A stretch of 64,000 nt of DNA, taken from NCBI GenBank assembly GCA_018238155.1, contig JABCTZ010000037.1:69256-133255 (forward strand), given 5' to 3'. The stretch comes from Candidatus Heimdallarchaeota archaeon (GTDB taxonomy: Archaea > Asgardarchaeota > Heimdallarchaeia > JABLTI01). The position numbers and the translations under genes were made by a program. Within the stretch, counting starts at the first letter, position 1. The number at the start of each line of letters is the position of its first letter. Below are positions 59,235 through 64,000 of this stretch, in pieces. The notes beneath the pieces are model-generated. The model did no database searches. It was given only the letters and a program-made list of their open reading frames with translations, and was not told the DNA's origin.

Positions 59235-59708
59235 CTAAACACTTTCTTCTAAAGCGGAATCTCTGACAATATTTAATCTTTGAGTACAAACATCAATAAT
59301 TGCTCTTTGAAGATGGTCCAAGATAAAATCTCTGGGATTGCTTATGTCATAGAAAAGAAAATCATAATGCCTAACGTCTCCAGGAATATCATTAGGATCA
59401 TCACTTGTAATGAAGATAATTTGTTTCCCTATACCTAAAGAATAACCAACTTCAACCATAACATTTGGATTTCCACCAGAACAAATAGCTAATACAATAT
59501 CTGTTTTGTCTTTGGAATCAATTATTTTTTCAAAATAACTTGAGGATGACCAATATATTTCATCAGCTCTTTTACAATCAATATTAAACATATACTCTAC
59601 ATGTTTTTTGACGGAAAGGTAAAACTCGAGTAATTCATCTTTAAAAGGCATAAGAACAAACATTTTGAGTTTAGGAAGGACTCTTTGAATTCGGTTTTTT
59701 CCATTCAT
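59235..59708 (-). CDS. nucleoside 2-deoxyribosyltransferase/TIR-like domain protein
   Basis: FVLMPF, CKRADE, NPNVMVEVGY, IPGDVRH. Confidence 0.8.
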   Translation of the reverse strand: MNGKNRIQRVLPKLKMFVLMPFKDELLEFYLSVKKHVEYMFNIDCKRADEIYWSSSSYFEKIIDSKDKTDIVLAICSGGNPNVMVEVGYSLGIGKQIIFITSDDPNDIPGDVRHYDFLFYDISNPRDFILDHLQRAIIDVCTQRLNIVRDSALEESV

Positions 59709-59935
59709 CTTGATCCTACTATTGGTATTTAGTAATTAATATATAAGATAACAAATTGATTATCCATGATTGGGATTTCTTTAGTTGCAATTCATATATA
59801 ATCACCAATAGTTTTTTTTCAAGATTAATCGTTCAAAGAGAAAGAACAATTGATCATATAATATATCTTTTATTTTATTTATAAATAATGCCATTTTAAT
59901 TAGAGCAATTCAAAGAAGTAGCTTTAATTAATAAA

Positions 59936-60919
59936 TTAATCCTGTTCAGAAGTAAAGGCCATCACTAACTTATAGAGAAACACTTGACTTTCTAAGATTT
60001 TACCAATTTGTTCAGTATCAAGGAATTTACTATAAACATTGCTCTTTAATTCTGATAGGATTTGAGGGTTATTTTTAAGAAATTCGCTATGAGTTTTATG
60101 GGGCATATAATCAAAGTGTTTGATAAAAGTATAAAAGACAGTTTTTGTATTCTCAGAGAGAGAACTTAAACTCATAAGATTCTCGAACATTTCTTCTATG
60201 AACTCTTCTACAACAGGTAATTTAGTAAACAAAGAAAGAACGGGTGCACCATTTAATCTCAACAATTCAACTGGAGAAATATCACCTTCCTGTAAAGCGT
60301 CTCTCAAATAGTACAAATAATTTATTGAAAATAAATGTAAGTTATAATGTGATTTCACTTCTTTTCTTTTATTTAAAATTTCAGAGATTTTTCTTCTATC
60401 ATCTAAAAAATCATCTAAATTACATTTATACAAATCCCACCCCCAGTAGATCAGATTATTAACACAAATATTGGAGAAAATGATGAAGGATTCAAATATT
60501 GAAAGCTTCACTTGTAAATTCAGTTTGACAGAATCAAATAATAACCTTTTACCATAAATAATATCTTTAATTATAATAGGCTTTTTTCCAAATTTTTTCT
60601 GCTGTATGGTAAAATCAATGCAGTTATATCCTCCATGTATATCATCGGTTCCACCAAAACAAGCAGTGAATACTTCATCTAATTCCATCTCTTTGCTATT
60701 GTGAAAATGATCAGCAAAATTGCGAGGAAGTTTTCTTTTTCTTTTGGAATTATTATAGAGATTGTAAAGGAAATTGTATGCTTTATTTGGCTCTTGTTGA
60801 TTACCTTGAAACGGTTCACAACCAATCTTTATATCATCAATAATACAAACAGCTATTGGATCCACTAAATGGAGTAACAATGGTATGGATTTAATTTCGA
60901 TGATTTTTTTCATTTGCAA
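59936..60919 (-). CDS. hypothetical protein
   Basis: 327-aa ORF with no motif recognised. Confidence 0.6.
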   Translation of the reverse strand: MQMKKIIEIKSIPLLLHLVDPIAVCIIDDIKIGCEPFQGNQQEPNKAYNFLYNLYNNSKRKRKLPRNFADHFHNSKEMELDEVFTACFGGTDDIHGGYNCIDFTIQQKKFGKKPIIIKDIIYGKRLLFDSVKLNLQVKLSIFESFIIFSNICVNNLIYWGWDLYKCNLDDFLDDRRKISEILNKRKEVKSHYNLHLFSINYLYYLRDALQEGDISPVELLRLNGAPVLSLFTKLPVVEEFIEEMFENLMSLSSLSENTKTVFYTFIKHFDYMPHKTHSEFLKNNPQILSELKSNVYSKFLDTEQIGKILESQVFLYKLVMAFTSEQD

Positions 60920-61073
60920 ACAACTCCCTACTAATTACTGAATAGTTAATAGATTAAATTAAATAACCTTTCTAATTTACAAAATTACAAAGTAAACATT
61001 TTACAGTATAAACTAATTAGTTATTTAAATAGAAAACTAAGTAATAACTATTGATTCAAATGAATTCGAAAAT

Positions 61074-64000
61074 ATGAAAAAAAATTGGAATACTTATAAT
61101 TATTTTATTTATAAGTTCAAGCGTATTATCCACAAATGCTCTCTCAAAGCAGAGTGGTGAGTACCTTTCGCATAGAGAGGTTATTGCAGAACAGAAAAGA
61201 AACTCTGTTGAAATGTTAAAAACCAATGAATTATCAGAAGAACTGAAAGCAATTCTTTCTAATGTTGATATTGATATTAACTTGAGATATTTAGTTGCTC
61301 AAAAATTTGCTCAACTTTCGGAGGATGAGAATGCCATTCTTTTCTTAATAGCAAGTGAAATTGGCAAAGCTTTTCTCGCTGATATAAAACCATTGGATTC
61401 CGGATATTTGATATATTATGAGAATTCTTGGGCTGTTTTTCTCGAGCATGGAGAGGATTTACTTAAATCTCAGAGAACATCATTAATTGTCAACTATTTA
61501 TCAAAAAATTTTGATGATGTTTTATTGGCTTCATGTAATTCAGAAAAAATAGCTCACAATTTTGAAAATGTTGTTGGTTTTAAAGGAAGTATATCGGTTC
61601 AACAAATAGTTGGATTTCTAATGTCAGTAATGAGTTTTCAAGAAAATTGCATTCGAGTTTTACTAAAAAGTAAATTGAGTGAATATCAACTATTAGTTAC
61701 AGTAGTGCCTTTTGGCAAAGATTTTTTTGCCATTGCCCCTAAACAAGATGAAAGTTTCAGACAATGTGCCTGGAAAAATTACTACTTACTTACTCTATTA
61801 GGATATCATGGTTCAATTTCACTCTATCCAGGTACAGCAAATTGGGGTGCAATACATATAAACAATAAATGTACAAATCCAAAAAAACCATTACCAATCA
61901 CTGATTCAGTATTAGACGAAATTTTAGTTCGAGGTGATTGTGGGGTTAGTATTTTTTTTGATATAATAAGTAGGAGTTATAAAGTAATCATTACTATCTT
62001 GAATCCTTATTCAGCACAAAATTGGTTTGTTGCTACTATGCTCGTAGGACCTCAACCAACATATTTAGACTGTTTAACTATATTATCAGCTGATTTATGG
62101 AGCAAGAAGACGTCAGGTACACCTCAACCAACTTTAATAAAAGCTATGGACAATTTCTTAGACCATTGGATGAAAAACGGAATTGTAGTATATGAGCTCT
62201 TCCCTCCTGATGTTAGCAAAAAGAGAAGAACAGCACCATTCGAAATGCTTGGTTGTGCAGATGCTTATCAAACGGGAAAAGATGCCTATATAGAAGAACA
62301 AGCAAGGGAACTCGCAGCAGAATTTATTGCAGATTGTCTGTTTGAGCCTGGGTTTATTTGGAATGTTCTAATTTGGACACTAAATGATGAAATAGCAAAT
62401 CTATATGGCGAAAATACTCACATATATTACCTTAGCTGGATAATAACTGTTTTCTTTATATTATCGATAGTTTTAGCAGTGGTTGCTCTTATTGTTCTTG
62501 CGATAGCATTTCCTCCAGCGTTAGTAGTAACAGCTCCGACAGTTGCTTGCATGATATTTGGGTCAGGATTATTTGCGAATTTTCAATTCTCTGGATTCTC
62601 GACTCAGGATATTGATGAAGACATGAGATCTATCGGTCAAGATGATTATGATTCACAATCATACTACTTTGACGATGATAATGACGGCATTGTGAATGCG
62701 ATTGAAATTGCATATTACAGACTGTACATTGAAGAAGGATTGGGAGGATTGGAAGGACCTTATTATCTCGGTGAGGGTGAATTAGATGTTGATCCTATTA
62801 CTAATCCTATTACAATAGATCCAACTACATGGATGAATCCTTTTTATGACAATGACGGTTTAGTAACTTTTACCGAAATAGTGCATGATACAAATCCATT
62901 CATTGCTGATACCGATGGTGACACTTTACTTGATAGTGAGGAAATTGTGGTATCTGAATCAGTATACAATGTTACAGCTATGTTAACGGATTCAAATTAT
63001 GATGGAGTATTGGATTTACAAACTGTTCCCTCACAAGGCCAGATAAATCATAAATCAAATCCTTTATTCTTTGACACGGATCATGATGGTTTAAGTGATA
63101 AAGATGAATTTGATATTCCAGGTTGTGATGTATATAATCCAGATTCAGATGGTGATACCCTTTTAGATGGTTGGGAAGTATATGCAAACTCATATGGTTG
63201 GAATTTAGGTTTAATAAATGATGATTCAATACTTGATCCCGTAAATATACCTACAGATCCTGCAAACTGGGCTGGATTGGATATTGATAATGATGGATTA
63301 AATAATACCATGGAATCAATATGTTTTACAGATCCAAGAAACAGTGATACAGATGGAGATGGATTGCCTGATTATTGGGAATTTTACCGTAATTTTGATC
63401 CTACAGATGAAACAGATGGTCTATTTGATCATGATAATGATGGAATAGCAACTGGTATTGAATATTCAGTTTACGGTACTCACTGGAATTGGAATGATAC
63501 TGATTCGGATGGTTTGCTCGATGGTGAAGAAGTAAATACCTATAATACTGATCCTTGGGATTATGACTCTGATAATGATAATATCGATGATTATGAAGAA
63601 GTAAATGTAGGTAGTGATGGGTATCTAACAAATCCTAATAATGACGACACCGATAACGATGGACTTTCTGATGGTGAAGAAATAGATGTTTATTTCTCCA
63701 ATCCACTAAATGCTGATACTGATGGAGATGGGTTGACAGACGGAGATGAAGTGAATATCTACAACTCCAGTCCAACGGATACAGACACAGATAATGATGG
63801 CTTACTTGATTGTGATGAAATCTTTCATCATAATACTGATCCCAATAATGAAGATAGTGATTTTGATGGGCTTACAGATGGTGAAGAGTGTGCATATGGT
63901 AGTGAAACCGATCCACTAAATGCTGATACTGATGGAGATGGGTTGATAGATGGAGACGAAGTAAATACATATCTTTCTGATCCTACTGCACCAGATTCTG
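61074..64000 (+). CDS. large secreted/membrane protein with TSP3-type Ca-binding repeats, 3'-partial, +1 frameshift in an A8 tract after the ATG
   Basis: Frame 1 is open from 61078 (translated by hand to about 63100, then repeats to the edge). Signal peptide KKIGILIIILFISSSVLSTNA, hydrophobic hairpin at about 62437-62577, D-x-D-x-D-G-L-x-D-x-x-E repeats from about 62670. Confidence 0.85.
63701..63946 (+). repeat. identical 36-nt direct repeat within the TSP3 array (210-nt spacing)
   Basis: atccactaaatgctgatactgatggagatgggttga at 63701-63736 and 63911-63946. Confidence 0.85.

Noticed and set aside
62978-63631. His/Ser-rich minus-strand ORFs and periodic DNA suggesting a CRISPR array
   Set aside because: They are antisense shadows of the Asp-rich TSP3 repeats. 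No constant-repeat/unique-spacer array was seen anywhere in the window.

Overview
AT-rich archaeal chromosome segment, most likely from an Asgard archaeon (possibly Heimdallarchaeia). This placement is inferred from gene content: archaeal ATP-dependent DNA ligase, Pus10, TpiA, uS19, an RPB5-like Rpo5 and several eukaryote-like proteins. Housekeeping and metabolic genes dominate. RNA elements are a fluoride riboswitch-crcB unit and tRNA-Ser(GCT). The main highlights, all by-eye matches to recalled reference sequences that need profile or structure searches, are: (i) a CENP-N/Chl4-like protein (46214-47122) directly upstream of a protein with the Ena/VASP module order polyPro - G-actin-binding - F-actin-binding - C-terminal helix (47289-48068); (ii) a cytoplasmic IFT52-like GIFT protein (35970-36977); (iii) a stand-alone SMC/Rad50-like ATPase ending in a PCNA-binding PIP box; (iv) an actin-fold protein lacking the catalytic Q/E, at the end of a MoxR/DUF58/DUF4350/DUF4129 membrane cassette; (v) a Thermoplasma-type mevalonate-3-kinase / mevalonate-3-phosphate-5-kinase gene pair. 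Features the ORF track misses: a ferredoxin, a probable ATC start for a DapA-family gene, an ABC permease broken by in-frame TAA-TAA, a zinc-ribbon pseudogene, frameshifts in a TnpB remnant, and a >970-codon TSP3-repeat protein running off the right end whose signal peptide is out of frame across an A8 tract.
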